Positions 1-11,720 of a stretch of DNA of 64,000 nucleotides are shown here, in pieces (positions within the stretch are counted from its first letter, which is position 1; the number at the start of each line of letters is the position of its first letter). The notes beneath the pieces were generated by a model. The model worked only from the letters and a program-made list of their open reading frames with translations. It searched no databases and had not been told where the DNA came from. The position numbers and the translations under genes are program-made. The DNA lies in NCBI RefSeq assembly GCF_964213995.1, contig NC_135805.1, positions 145,886,001 through 145,950,000 of the forward strand, written 5' to 3'. Source of the DNA: Mustelus asterias (Eukaryota).

Positions 1-247
1 TGAGGAGGAATTTCTTCAGGCAGAGAGTAGTGAATCTGTGGATCTATTTGCCGCAGAAAGCTGTGGAGGCCTGGTCATTGAGTGCCTTTAAGACAGAGAT
101 AGGTTCTTGATTAATAAGGGGATCAGGGGTTATGGGGGGAAAAGCAGGAGAATGGGGATGAGAAAAATATCAGCCATGATTGAATGGCGGAGCATAGTCG
201 ATGGGCAGAGTGGCCTCATTCTTCAACTATGTCTTCTGGTCTTATGG
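1..247 (+). mobile_element. CR1-type LINE 3' end (truncated by window start)
   Basis: Translates to RRNFFRQRVVNLW...QKAVEA, the typical CR1 ORF2 C-terminus. It is followed by a 3' UTR (GATGGGCAGAGTGGCCTC) and a short repeated tail. Confidence 0.75.
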
Positions 248-848
248 AAACATTCGCTCTATTTTCTCTCCACAAATACTGTCAGACCTGCTGAGATTTT
301 GCAGCATTTTCTGTTTCTGTTCCAGTTTGCTCAGTTCCCCTGTTCGATTTGCTCGCAGTTTGAGCAAAGGAAGCTGGGCTGTGGGGAACAGGCAGAGAAC
401 GGTTCAAGGTGCTGGATAATCCCTGTCTGAAGTTCAAACTGAGATCATTCCCTCAGCGTCTTTGCTGTTCATCAGCACATCCTCACCAATACATCCTCAC
501 CGCGAATCGGTGTGTTTGCTGTGATATCGCAGGAGTTAATATCTGATCAGAACAATCCCAGATTAATTTAATCAGATTGAAAATGTCGGACACGAAGCAC
601 CTATCGAACTATTTGAGTCGAAATGTTCTTGCAGATAGGATTGTATTGAGGCGGGAATAGTACTGAGAAATCTGGATTGAATAAATCCAGAAAATAGCTT
701 GTATCTGATATTCCAGTTTGTCCGTTTTGTTCCGCGCGCTTTTTTCACTTCTGTTTGAATTTGAATCCAAAATGTCGGTTCGAGCCGGCAGGAGGAGGAG
801 CTGGATGGTGAAAGACATTTCACTGCTCTGTCTGTCTCTCAGTCTCCT

Positions 849-913
849 CCCCGCCCCGCCTCTCTCTCTCTCTCTCTCTTTCTCAGTCAGGTCGGGGCGA
901 GCTGTATAATAAA
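849..913 (+). promoter_or_regulatory. Histone H4 promoter: GC box, (CT)n tract, site II-like element, TATA
   Basis: CCCCGCCCCGCC at 849-860, (CT)n at ~860-880, TCAGTCAGGTCGG at ~883-895 (resembles the H4 subtype element), and TATAATAAA at 905-913 upstream of the ATG at 968. Confidence 0.65.
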
Positions 914-958
914 GGAAGCTGCAGCAGCTCCTCTCTCATTCAGCAGCGATTTGACTGA

Positions 959-1279
<321 letters not shown>

Positions 1280-1310
1280 ACAAATCCACCCAATTCTCAC
1301 AAAACCCAAA

Positions 1311-1326
1311 GGCTCTTTTCAGAGCC
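1311..1326 (+). terminator. Histone 3' stem-loop (SLBP site) of H4
   Basis: CCCAAA-GGCTCTTTTCAGAGCC, followed by purine-rich GAGAGC (putative U7 HDE) near 1344. Confidence 0.95.
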
Positions 1327-2396
1327 GCCTACATCCTCACATTGAGAGCACTGACTTTGGTGCAGGAGCGGTGAATTTTAACGTTTGTGATTCATCATCG
1401 ATTGTATGATCATATTTTAAATTTTAGGACATGAGCTATTCCGCTCTTGCCATGTGTCTTCCGTTACACAACAGATTCGTCTTCGCTTGCTTTACCGTAC
1501 ATTGTAACCATCAGGAACCGGACCATTCCGCATTCACCCTAACGTGTCTGTCCTGTTACTACCTGAGCATTTTTGCCGCCTCTTTCAGAGAAATGTCTGA
1601 TTCAATGAACATCTGGTAAAAAGACACATACTGCCTGTGGGTCTGAAAAAATAATGGACATATTGTTTCGTCGTTGCTTCAATTTCCTGTTAATCATTTA
1701 TTACCATTACAGTTTGTTTTAAGCTGATGTATCTATATTTCATTCCTTCAATCGGTCTGTAGCAATTCATCTCCCTTCAATCGTCTAAAAATTGTTTTCA
1801 AATCATTCTTAGAATGCACAGAATGAGTGCTGTGCAGAAATAAGTCTTTCATGAAGTTTATTTGTGACACTCCGTTTTCCGCATTCCATTCTCCGAAAGA
1901 GCATCTTGCCCTTGTAGAACTGCCCTGCACGCAACATAATGCGGATTTCCCAAAGCTCAGGGATGCTTGTGTTCTGCACTCTGATCAGGTGTAGCTTTTT
2001 CCAAACATTATATTCTCGCTTCATTTTCACTCTCTTCTCATTTGCGCTCTGTTCATGGTCCTTGAGACATGAAGCAGGATGCTACGGATTATATCTTTCC
2101 AAGCAGCATGAATGCTGTGTACACTTTGGGAAAAAGAGCTTATTCAAACATAAACTCACAACGTCCCATTTGTGATCACGACATTTTGTCCTTGCTCTTC
2201 TCAGCTAATCCAAAGCGTAGAAAATCAAAATGATCAACCTTATGAATTTGGTCAGAAACACAGCAGAAGAAGATTCCCCCCCCCCCCCCATTAGAAAAGT
2301 GAAGAGCCTCGTTTTCCCTTAGCATCTATATTTTTATCCCAGTTTGTTATAGCTCGTCAAAGAATGAATCTGAATTTATTCCTGGTGCTAAGGCAG

Positions 2397-2515
2397 TGTA
2401 AGAAGTTTAACAACAGCAGGTTAAAGTCCAACAGGTTTATTTGGTAGCAAAAGCCACACACACAAGCTTTCGGAGCCTTAAGCCCCTTCCTCAGGTGAGT
2501 GGCTCCACATCATGG
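2397..2515 (-). mobile_element. Penelope-like terminal repeat fragment containing a hammerhead motif
   Basis: Reverse complement contains CCAAATAAACCTGTTGGACTTTAACCTG, matching the 3' tail of the GIY-YIG element at 5480-5580. Confidence 0.8.
2461..2497 (-). ncRNA. Minimal type I hammerhead ribozyme motif
   Basis: Minus strand reads CAC-CUGAGGA-A-GGGGC(UUAAG)GCUCC-GAAAGCU-U-GUG: intact core, stem II, AGCU palindrome and a 3-bp stem I. Confidence 0.7.
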
Positions 2516-2703
2516 CTAAGGCAGTGAGGAGACAGATTTTTTGCGATTTTTAAAACTGAGGCAATTCGCTTCAAAGTCAGTTTTCTTTAATTTCCGTTTC
2601 TTGTCGCTCAGAGATTGGCGGGTTTTTTAAATTGAAGAGTTCCTCCAATCAGGGCCCTGAGATCCTTGCCTCCCAATCGCTGCTTTCAAACTTGTCCACG
2701 TGA

Positions 2704-3219
<516 letters not shown>

Positions 3220-3269
3220 ACTGCCCCGGACCCACTATTGGCCTTTGAAATCCAAAAAGAAACCCAAAA

Positions 3270-3285
3270 GGCTCTTTTCAGAGCC
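3270..3285 (+). terminator. Histone 3' stem-loop of H3
   Basis: GGCTCTTTTCAGAGCC-ACCAA, with HDE-like AAAGAGC near 3300. Confidence 0.95.
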
Positions 3286-3667
3286 ACCAAATCCATCAAA
3301 AAGAGCAGTAATGTGCGTGAGGTTACACATTCTGTTCCACTTGGCTCAAAATCCAATTTTGCACCGATTGAATGAGAGTAAGGCATTTGTTCAATAGTTA
3401 CGTTAAAATATTACAATTCTGGTCTGCCTCGTATGGGGTTACGGGGCTGTTGTCTGTGTCGGATGTCTTGCACCTCCCCCCTTCCACTACAGTTAGGGAA
3501 TGCTAGGTAACAATACGAGTCCCTTCGAACCGTCTTCTCTGCCCGGGCCATCCAGCACTTATATATTGAGGCTATTTTCAAGCAATTAGCCTTGCTGCCT
3601 TGTTTGGAAGTTGCATATAAAATCGTAAAGAGCAGGGGACGACTATTCTGCATCAAATCCGCAACAA

Positions 3668-3822
3668 CCAAAGATGTGCGAGTTAAGTTGATTGACCATG
3701 CTAAATTGCACTTTGTCAGGGGGATTGGCAGGGTAAATACATGGGTAACTGGGATAGGAGCTGGGTGGGATTGTTGCCGGTACAGATTCGATGGGCCGAA
3801 TGGCCTGCACTGTAGGGAGTCT
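3668..3822 (+). mobile_element. 5'-truncated V-SINE (HE1-like) 3' half
   Basis: CCAAAGATGTGCGAGTTAAGTTGATTGACCATGCTAAATTGC...GATGGGCCGAATGGCC matches the 3' half of the SINEs at 11410 and 29043. Confidence 0.7.
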
Positions 3823-4649
3823 GATACACTCTGGCAGAGCATCTGAGGCAGGTGCTATCTCCATAACACCACGTATTTACTCCGCTGTTTCCCTACACAT
3901 CTTGGGACACTGAGGGGTATTTTTATTTCAAAAATATACTTTATTCATATGTTAGCTGAGGAAACATTACTAATATAGTGATTGGAAATGTTTATGTAAA
4001 GAACGGTTTTATTTAAATTACATTTTCAAAAAAATCATCCATTTATTTTTTTCCTAAGATGAAAAGTTAGTGCTTAGCTCAGAAACGTTTAATATATTTC
4101 AATATAATCCCAATTTTTAAAAATCGAACTATGTACATTTGTCAACTTGCACATTGTGGCGCTTTGACGGAGTTACGCACATTTGAGCCACTGAGGGGTA
4201 ATTTAGCTACTCCTGACAAAGATACTGTATCTATTTCATCACCAACACCTCCCCCTCCCACTCCTCCCCCGTCAAGCTACGACGGTACAAACCGCCTCGG
4301 GGCAAGGCAAATAAAAGATTGCTGAAGACGTTATTATGATTAGTTCAACTTCAGTGCTATCTGCACATGGGCAATATCAGAAGTACTGAGCGCTCAGAGT
4401 TGAAGTTGAATTCCATTGCACTTTCTCATTTTCAGTTTGGGTCTTTTGCCCAAAAATTGTATGTCTGACATGGAATGAATCTTGTAAGCATTACAACTGA
4501 GTACGGCTGAAAGAGGCAGGTTGAAACTTTCGATCATATACTTATCAGAACACGTCAGAGGAACATTGGTACAGGTGGAAAACAACAATTTATCCCGTGT
4601 GTATTAATTAGTGTTCCCCTGACACCGGTTTTCGTACAAAATGGCCTTG

Positions 4650-5580
4650 GCGTCCAGTACTTCCCCGGAGTGCAGAAGCTACGACATCTCCTCTGGAGCC
4701 TTCAACATGTCATTGATGAAGACGAACATCTCGCCAAGGCCATCCCCATACCCCCACTTCTTGTCTTCAAACAACTGCACAACCTCAAACAGACAATGGT
4801 CCGCAGCAAACTACCCAGCCTTCAGGAGAACAGTCACCACGATACCACACAACCCTGCCACAGCAACCTCTGCAAGACGTGCCAGATCATCGACACGGAT
4901 GCCATCATCTCATGTGAGAACACCATCCACCAGGTACACGGTACATGCTCTTGCAACTCGGCCAACGTTGTCTACCTGATACGCTGCAGGAAAGGATGTC
5001 CCGAGGCATGGTACATTGGGGAAACCATGCAGACGCTACGACAACGGATGAATGAACACCGCTTGACAATCACCAGACAAGACTGTTCTCTTCCTGTTGG
5101 GGAGCACTTCAGCGGTTACGGGCATTCGGCCTCTGATCTTCAGGTAAGCGTTCTCCAAGGCGGCCTTGACGACACACGACAGCACAGAGTCGCTGAGCAG
5201 AGACTGATAGCCAGTTTCTGCACACATGAGGATGGCCTCAACCGGGATCTTGGGTTCATGTCACACTATCTGTAACCCCCACAACTTGCCTGGACTTGCA
5301 AAATCTCACTCGCTGTCCTGTCTGGAGACAATACACATCTCTTTCACCTGTGCTTAATGCTCTCTCCACTCACATTGTCTGTACCTTTAAGACTTGATTA
5401 GCTGTAAAGACTCGCATTCCAATCATTATTCTGTAAATTGAGTTTGTGTCTCTGTATGCCCTGTTTGTGAGCAGATCTCCCACTCCACCTGACAAAGGAG
5501 CAGCAAGCGCTCCGAAAGCTAGTGGCGTTGCTACCAAATAAACCTGTTGGACTTTAACCTGGTGTTGTGAGACTTCTTAC
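4650..5580 (+). mobile_element. 5'-truncated Penelope-like retroelement (Neptune-type): GIY-YIG endonuclease region plus terminal repeat
   Basis: ORF 4670-5275 has the Cys-rich linker PCHSNLCKTC and the GIY-YIG motifs NVVYLIRC...WYIGET...LRQRMNEH...AEQRLI...GLN. The 3' repeat carries a hammerhead motif and AATAAA. Confidence 0.9.
5485..5525 (+). ncRNA. Hammerhead ribozyme motif, probably inactivated (G8>A)
   Basis: CCAC-CUGACAA-A-GGAGC...GCUCC-GAAAGCU-A-GUGG. Stem I is CCAC/GUGG; the core reads CUGACAA instead of CUGANGA. Confidence 0.65.
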
Positions 5581-6078
5581 TTTATTAGACAAGGCATAGA
5601 GCACAAGAGCACTGAGTTTATGATGTAAAAAACGCTGGTAAAGCACAGCTAGAGTATTGTGTACAGTTCTGATTGGCACACGATCGGAAGGATATAATTG
5701 CACAAGAAAGGGTGCAGAGGAGATTCACCAGGATGTCGCCTGGGCTGGAGCGTCTCAGCTCTGAAGAGCGGCTTATAATGCTGGGATTGTTTTGGTTAGA
5801 GGAGAGAGATGATAGACAGGAATGAACGCTTCCCCTTTGTGGAAGGGTCAATAACCAAGGAGCCTAGATTTAATTTATGGGGCTGGAGATTTCGAGGTGA
5901 TTTAATTTTTTTTTTACATTTTCACCCAGAGACTGGTGGGAATGTGGAACTCACTGCCTGAAAAGAAGCATTCAGAAGAACAGTTAGAATGGAATAGCAC
6001 ACAAGGCTCAGGGTGCTGGGATATGGGATCAGAATAGATCGGTACTCGATGGCCTACAGACATGATGGGCCAAATGGA
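5581..6078 (+). mobile_element. Degenerate CR1 LINE ORF2 3' region
   Basis: Recognisable remnants QLEYCVQF..RKDIIAQERVQRRFTRM.PGLE..EERL..LGLF and F.QRLVGMWNSLP, with stops and frameshifts. Confidence 0.75.
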
Positions 6079-6440
6079 GTGTAGGTGAGTGCATCCAGGA
6101 AAAGATTCAGCGGGTCTCCTCGTAGATCAAGTCCGAGATCCGCCTGACCCCGCCACGGCGATCATCCAGCTCCTCCCCCTGCCTGCTCGAACCTGCTCGA
6201 ACTGATATTTTAGATTCAAATTCAAACAGCAGTGAAAAGAGCGCGCTAAACGAAATGTACAAACTGGAATATCAGATACAAGCTAGTTAGAAACCCGGAT
6301 CTATTCAATCCAGACTTGTCAGTAACATTCCCGCCTCAGTGCAATCCTTTCTTTAACCAGTCGAACTGTCTGATCCCATTTCAATCCCAGCTCCGACTCC
6401 ATTCCCGCCAACCCCTCTCCCAGCGAGTTAAGAATGTTAC
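6079..6440 (-). pseudogene. Deleted histone H4 relic with upstream flank
   Basis: 6079-6161 matches the H4 coding strand at ~25568-25672 with small deletions. It is then joined directly to sequence matching the H4 upstream flank (~25946-26210). Confidence 0.8.
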
Positions 6441-6518
6441 TATTGAACAATAAGTCTGATCTAAACAGGCTTTAAACGGGCGAAATTGGATTTGTTCTCT
6501 GAATGACTGTGGAGAGAA

Positions 6519-6625
6519 ACGCATGCGCGATGCAACCCTGCCCTCAACGCGGCTTGGCCGGGACTACAATAGCGCATGCGCGCTACCCACCCCTAGCCCC
6601 GCCCATTTCCTCAGTGAGCGGAAAT
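6519..6625 (+). promoter_or_regulatory. Putative CpG-rich TATA-less promoter (NRF1, ACTACA, GC box, ETS motifs)
   Basis: ACGCATGCGC at 6519, GGACTACAAT at 6561, GCGCATGCGC at 6572, GCCCCGCCC at 6596 and CGGAAAT at 6619, followed by a GTGAGT donor at 6712. Confidence 0.6.
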
Positions 6626-7719
6626 CCTTTGTTTGAACCTGACTGAAATGGAAATGTCAGCGCCCAGGTCAGCGAGGAAGCAGCGTTCACATCCCAGCAG
6701 CACATCCATTGGTGAGTGTGGACACAGAGGAGCTCAGAGATCCTCACTGACTCGGGGGAAGTTCAGGGAGATTCGGGAGCTGTTTGTAAGAGGCAGAGCG
6801 GAGCAGGAACCTGCTCCGGGATTGGAGTGAGCCGGGGGGAAGGGAGAGGCGTCCCTGGGACTGTGTGAGACACTGCTGAGGGAGCCAGAAGGTGAAAAAG
6901 CTGCTAGTGAAAATGATCGGGCTTTTCTCTGCTCAAACCTGTGATGTATAATCCCCCGGTTCAGCTGCTGTTTCAGCTTGTTTGTTGGCATTGTCCAGTG
7001 AATGGTGGAAACAGGCGGGACAGTGAGGATGGGAGCAATCCTGTAACTGACACGGATCGGAGGCACCAACTCATTCAGCTGAGAAAAGAGAAATAAACCT
7101 GTTTGCAGCGGCTGTTGCTTTCACGAGATGGTGAGTGCAATGGGAAATTGTAATCAGTTCTGAGGAAATCTCACTGTCCCCACTGAGGGTAGTGACATCC
7201 TCTGAACGGTATTGGTGTGGATAGATTCTCAATGTTGTCAAGTGCTATCAAAGCACCAAAAATACCGGATGGGTAGAGGCTTTGTGTCGGGGAGTGGAAT
7301 CAGAAACCTTTTTTATTATTGGTTATGATTTGTTGAACATGTTTTTCTAACTGATTATCAATTGAAAAATGTATTTGCCTCTTTCGTTGACATGGTCTGA
7401 GCTTGACTTACAAGATATGTTTTCTTCCTCTAGGTGAACAGATGAAGAATAATTTTCAAGCTGCGGATTCATCAGAGAAGACTAAGTTCCCCAGTCTCCT
7501 TCTAAGCCAGTAGGTACAATATTAATCCTAGAGTGCAGAGATACAGTCAGAACATCAGTTGCACCTTCATAGAGTGCATAGAATCAGAATTTCATTGATC
7601 GCAAGTTCTAGATAAACGTGTTCAATCCAACCATCATACACAATTCACTCCTGTGCAGTATCACTGAGGGCAGGAGAGTCTCTAAATCCAAACTGCCAAG
7701 CAATAACACATAGTCAGAG

Positions 7720-7970
7720 TATACAGAAGTGGCTCTTTGGCCCATCAAGTCTGGACCAAATAAACTAAATCTACAATAATCCGGCATAGTTTGCTCTTGT
7801 GCAAAATGTTAATCCGAAACATTTGGCCCATAACTTTGACTATTATGACATTTGAGTGTTCATCCATGTACATTTTAAAGATTGAGCTGTTCCCAATTCT
7901 ACTACCCTCCCAGGAAGTGCACACCAGACACCCACCACCCTCCAGGTGAAGGAATATTTCCTCAAATCAC
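7720..7970 (-). mobile_element. Old CR1 LINE 3' fragment
   Basis: Reverse complement resembles the CR1 3' end (F.T.RVVG.W..LP motif and GATGGGCCAAAGAGCC tail). Confidence 0.5.
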
Positions 7971-8360
7971 GTTGAAAGGTAGGCCAATCATCTCACAAGA
8001 GTAGATCTTCAGCTGCCAATGAAATATCAGATGCTGCAGCTGATTGAAATGTATAGAATTAATCCAAGGATTCTACCCAGGCATCTCATAAGCAACACAT
8101 TAAATTCCACTCCAAGGGTCTCAAACATTATCTTTAATGTTAATATTTTTTGCATTTCAGTAATATACCATGTGCCAGATCACTATTCTCACTAATTGTC
8201 ATAAAACCAGATCACAGCAAATACAAAGGTATACTGAAACTTTGTCAACACCACCCACATAGGAAAGATATTCCACTGCAAAAAACCCTGTTTCCCATAA
8301 TAAAGTAAGAGTTTTGACAACACCAGGTTAAAGTCCAACAGGTTTATTTGGTATCAAATA

Positions 8361-8397
8361 CCATTAGCTTTCAGAACGCTACTCCTTCGTCAGATGG
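8361..8397 (-). ncRNA. Minimal hammerhead ribozyme motif (wobble-rich stem II)
   Basis: Minus strand reads CCAU-CUGACGA-A-GGAGU(AGC)GUUCU-GAAAGCU-A-AUGG. Confidence 0.65.
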
Positions 8398-8606
8398 AGT
8401 GGAAATCTGCTCTCAAACAGGGCACAGAGACACAAAATCAAGTTACAGAATACTGATTAGAATGCGAATCTCTACAGCCAACCAGGTCTTAAAGATATAG
8501 ACAATGTGAGTGGAGGAAGCATTAAACACAGGTTAAAGAGATGTGTATTGTCTCCAGACAGGACAGCCAGTGAGATTCTGCAAGTCCAGGAGGCAAGCTG
8601 TGGGGG

Positions 8607-9758
8607 TTACTGATAGTGTGACATAAACCCAACATCCCGGTTTAGGCCGTCCTCATGTGTGCGGAACTTTGCTATCAGTTTCTGCTCAGTGACTCTGCGC
8701 TGTCGTATGTCGTGAAGGCCGCCTTGGAGAACGCTTACCCGAAGATCAGAGGCTGAATGTCCGTGACCGCTGAAGTGCTCCCCCACAGGAAGAGAAGAGT
8801 CTTGCCTGGTGATTGTCGAGCGGTGTTCATTCATCTGTTGTCGCAACATCTGCATGTACCATGCCTCGGGACATCCTTTCCTGCAGCGTATCAGGTAGAC
8901 GATGTTGGCCGAGTTGCAAGAGTAGGTACCGTGTACCTGGTAGATGGTGTTCTCACGTGAGATGATGGCATCCGTGTCGATGATCTGGCACATCTTGCAG
9001 AGGTTGCTGTGGCAGGATTGTGTGGTGTCGTGGTCACTTCTTCTGAAGGCTGGGTAGTTTGCTGCGGAAATGGTCTGTTTGAGGTTGTGCGGTTGTTTGA
9101 AGGTAAGAAGTGGGGGTGTGGGGATGGCCTTGGTGAGATGTTTGTCTTCATCAATGACATGTTGAAGGCTCCGGAGGAGATGCTGTAGCTTCTCCGTTCC
9201 GGGGAAGTACTGGACGACGAAGGGTACTCTATCCACCGTGTCCTGTGTTTGTCTTCTGAGGAGGTTGGTGCGGTTTTTCGCTGTGGCGCGTCGGAACTGT
9301 CGATCGATGAGTCTTTTGAGGGAATCTTTCAATGTCTGGAGGTGTCTGTTGCGATCCTCCTCATCTGAGCAGATACTGTGTATACGGAGGGCTTGTCCGT
9401 AGGGGATGGCTTCTTTGACGTGTTTAGGGTGGAAGCTGGAGAAGTGGAGCATCGTGAGGTTATCCGTGGGCTTGCGGTGCAGTGAGGTGCTGAGGTGACC
9501 GTCTTTAATGGAGATGCGTGTGTCCAAGAATGCAACCGATTCCGGAGAGTAGTCCATGGTGAGTCTGATGGTGGTTTTGAACTTGTTGATGTCATCACAT
9601 AGTTGTTTCAGTGATTGTCCACCATGATTCCAAAGGAAAAAAATGTCATCGCTGTATCTAGTGTATAGCATCGGTTGAAGGTCCTGTGCGGTGAAGAAGT
9701 CTTGTTCGAACCTGTGCATGAAGATGTTGGCATATTGAGGTGCGACTGTGGTCCCCAT
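8607..9758 (-). pseudogene. Penelope RT/GIY-YIG ORF, 5'-truncated and disabled
   Basis: Lacks the N-terminal RT. The YIG motif is deleted (EAWYMQML versus EAWYIGETMQTL in the 4670 copy). A locally frameshifted segment reads SAANYPAFRRS. Confidence 0.8.
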
Positions 9759-9869
9759 GGCTGTTTTGTGTGTCTGGATGAAGAACTGGTTGTTGAAGGT
9801 GAAGACATTGTGGTCCAGGATGAAGCAGATGAGTTGTAAAATTTCATCTGTAAACTGGCAGTTTCCACT

Positions 9870-9906
9870 CCATCTGACGAAGGAGCAGCGCTCCGAAAGC
9901 TAATGG
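9870..9906 (+). ncRNA. Minimal type I hammerhead ribozyme, best-preserved copy
   Basis: CCAU-CUGACGA-A-GGAGC(AGC)GCUCC-GAAAGCU-A-AUGG: perfect stems I and II and an intact core. Predicted cleavage after CUA (9902). Confidence 0.8.
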
Positions 9907-11409
9907 TATTTGCTACCAAATAAACCTGTTGGACTTTAACCTGGTGTTGTTAAAACTCTTACTGTGTTTACCCCAGTCAATGCCACCATCTCCACATCAT
10001 GACTCCCATAATAAAGACAGACAGTCACCATGTAAAACACACACAGATATTAGAGGCAGCGAGATATGGAATAAAATCACTTCTTCCTGAACAGCAATAT
10101 CAAAACAGTAAAAACATGCTGACTCACATTGCCAACATTGTTGGCTGCAGTTAAGAAAAAGTTTTGAAAACTTTCCAGGGTACTTTAAAATGGAGAACAC
10201 ATACAGTTACACACCAGAAGCTTGACAGTTGCATTGTTTTGAAAAGGCTCTTGTGCAAACTGTTAAACAGACACATTTCATAGGTATGGAATAAAGCCAC
10301 ACCACCATGTAATAAATTGATGATTGCTGATCAACATGATTTCACAGATTGAATCCGGAGTTGAAGCCAAATGTCCATACACCAACAATATCACAGATTT
10401 CAGTGGTGCAAACTCGCACACAAGTGCACCACACACACACACGCACACATACAATCTTACATTTATTATTAGATGCAAAATGAAGGCAGCACTCACATAA
10501 AATAAATTAATAGGTGTCAAAACATGCTCATCTGCCACAGAGAAAGCCAGTGATTCATTGATATTCACATGCTAAACATGTAGCAAAAACTGACAAATGC
10601 TGACTAATATCAAATCCACATATCAGTTCTTGACATATGCAAAATAATTCAGAAACTGACAGATTGAGAGAGAGCAAAAGAAACAATACTCATATACAAA
10701 CAAGGCTCTTAAACACCAGAAATGCACAGGGACAATGAAACCCTAGCACTCAATTACCAGAAAATGACAGGAAAATTGTGAAAATCACATTTACACATCA
10801 GAAAGTGATAGCTAATAAATGCAGAAAGGAAGCACTCTCTCACAACTTGAAATTTCACACAACAGTTCAGAACTTATATTCAATGTTAAGAAAAGGCAGA
10901 TAGAGCAACAAACACATTCTCTTCTGCCAAAAAAGCTTTGATATGTACAGATTTTAGAAAACTCACACATTGCAAAAACCAACACATGTATTGTGTTGAT
11001 CAATGATGAACTGTGGAGCTAAATCACTCTTCTTTCCCACAAGACTGCAAGGTAGAAAGTTAAATGGGCCCAAATGCATGAATCAGAATGATGGAGAGAG
11101 AAAACAAGTTCTCATAGCAGAAAATGATCAGCACAAAACTAATTAAAAATCTACACTGGAAATTGTCAGTGATGTTGTAACAAGAAAAATACACAGAATG
11201 AAATAGCACCACAAACACAGCAGATGAGACAGACAGATATAGACTGAACCCAGATTCCCATGACATAGATAGGCAGTCACAATGCTAAACTCCAACACAG
11301 ACAAAGAAGTACAGAATGAAACCACTTTTTCACAACATAAATATAAAAGCAGGAATAGCACGCTTCTCAAAATAAGAAAGATAAACTTAGTCAGAAAGCA
11401 CACATTGAT

Positions 11410-11720
11410 AGCCACAGTGGTTAGCTCTGCTGCTTCACAGCTCCAGGGACCTGGGTTCGATTCCCGGCTCGGGTCACTGTCTGTGTGGAGTTTGCACATT
11501 CTCCCTGTGTCTGCGTGGGTTTCCTCCACGTGCTCCGGTTTCCTCCCACAGTCCAAAGATGTGCGGGCTAGGTTGATTGGCCATTCTAAATTGCCTCTTA
11601 GTGTCCCGGGATGCATAGGTTAGAGGGATTAGTGGGTAAATATGTAGGGATATGGGGATAGGGCCTGGGTGGGATTGCGGTTGGTGCCGAATGGCCTCTT
11701 TCTGCACTGTAGGATTCTAT
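11410..11720 (+). mobile_element. tRNA-derived V-SINE (HE1-like)
   Basis: tRNA-like head with B box GGTTCGATTCC, V-domain GTGTGGAGTTTGCACATTCTCCC...CTCCGGTTTCCTCCCACAGTCCAAAG, and a CR1-like tail ending GATTCTAT. Confidence 0.85.

Larger units (their letters stand above)
8306..10003 (-). mobile_element. Penelope-like retroelement (Neptune-type): RT-GIY-YIG body with inverted terminal repeat and 13-bp TSD
   Basis: ORF 8607-9758 has RT motifs (MGTTVAPQYANIFM, RYSDDIFFLW, FLDTRI, HRKPT) and a GIY-YIG domain. The terminal repeat at 8306-8410(-) recurs inverted at 9860-10003(+). TCCCATAATAAAG flanks both ends (8293-8305 and 10004-10016). Confidence 0.9.

Noticed and set aside
248-330. Hammerheads in the second short repeat family (248-330, ~13165-13230, ~25180-25270)
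   Set aside because: These resemble another Penelope-type tail, but no complete CUGANGA...GAAA core is visible.
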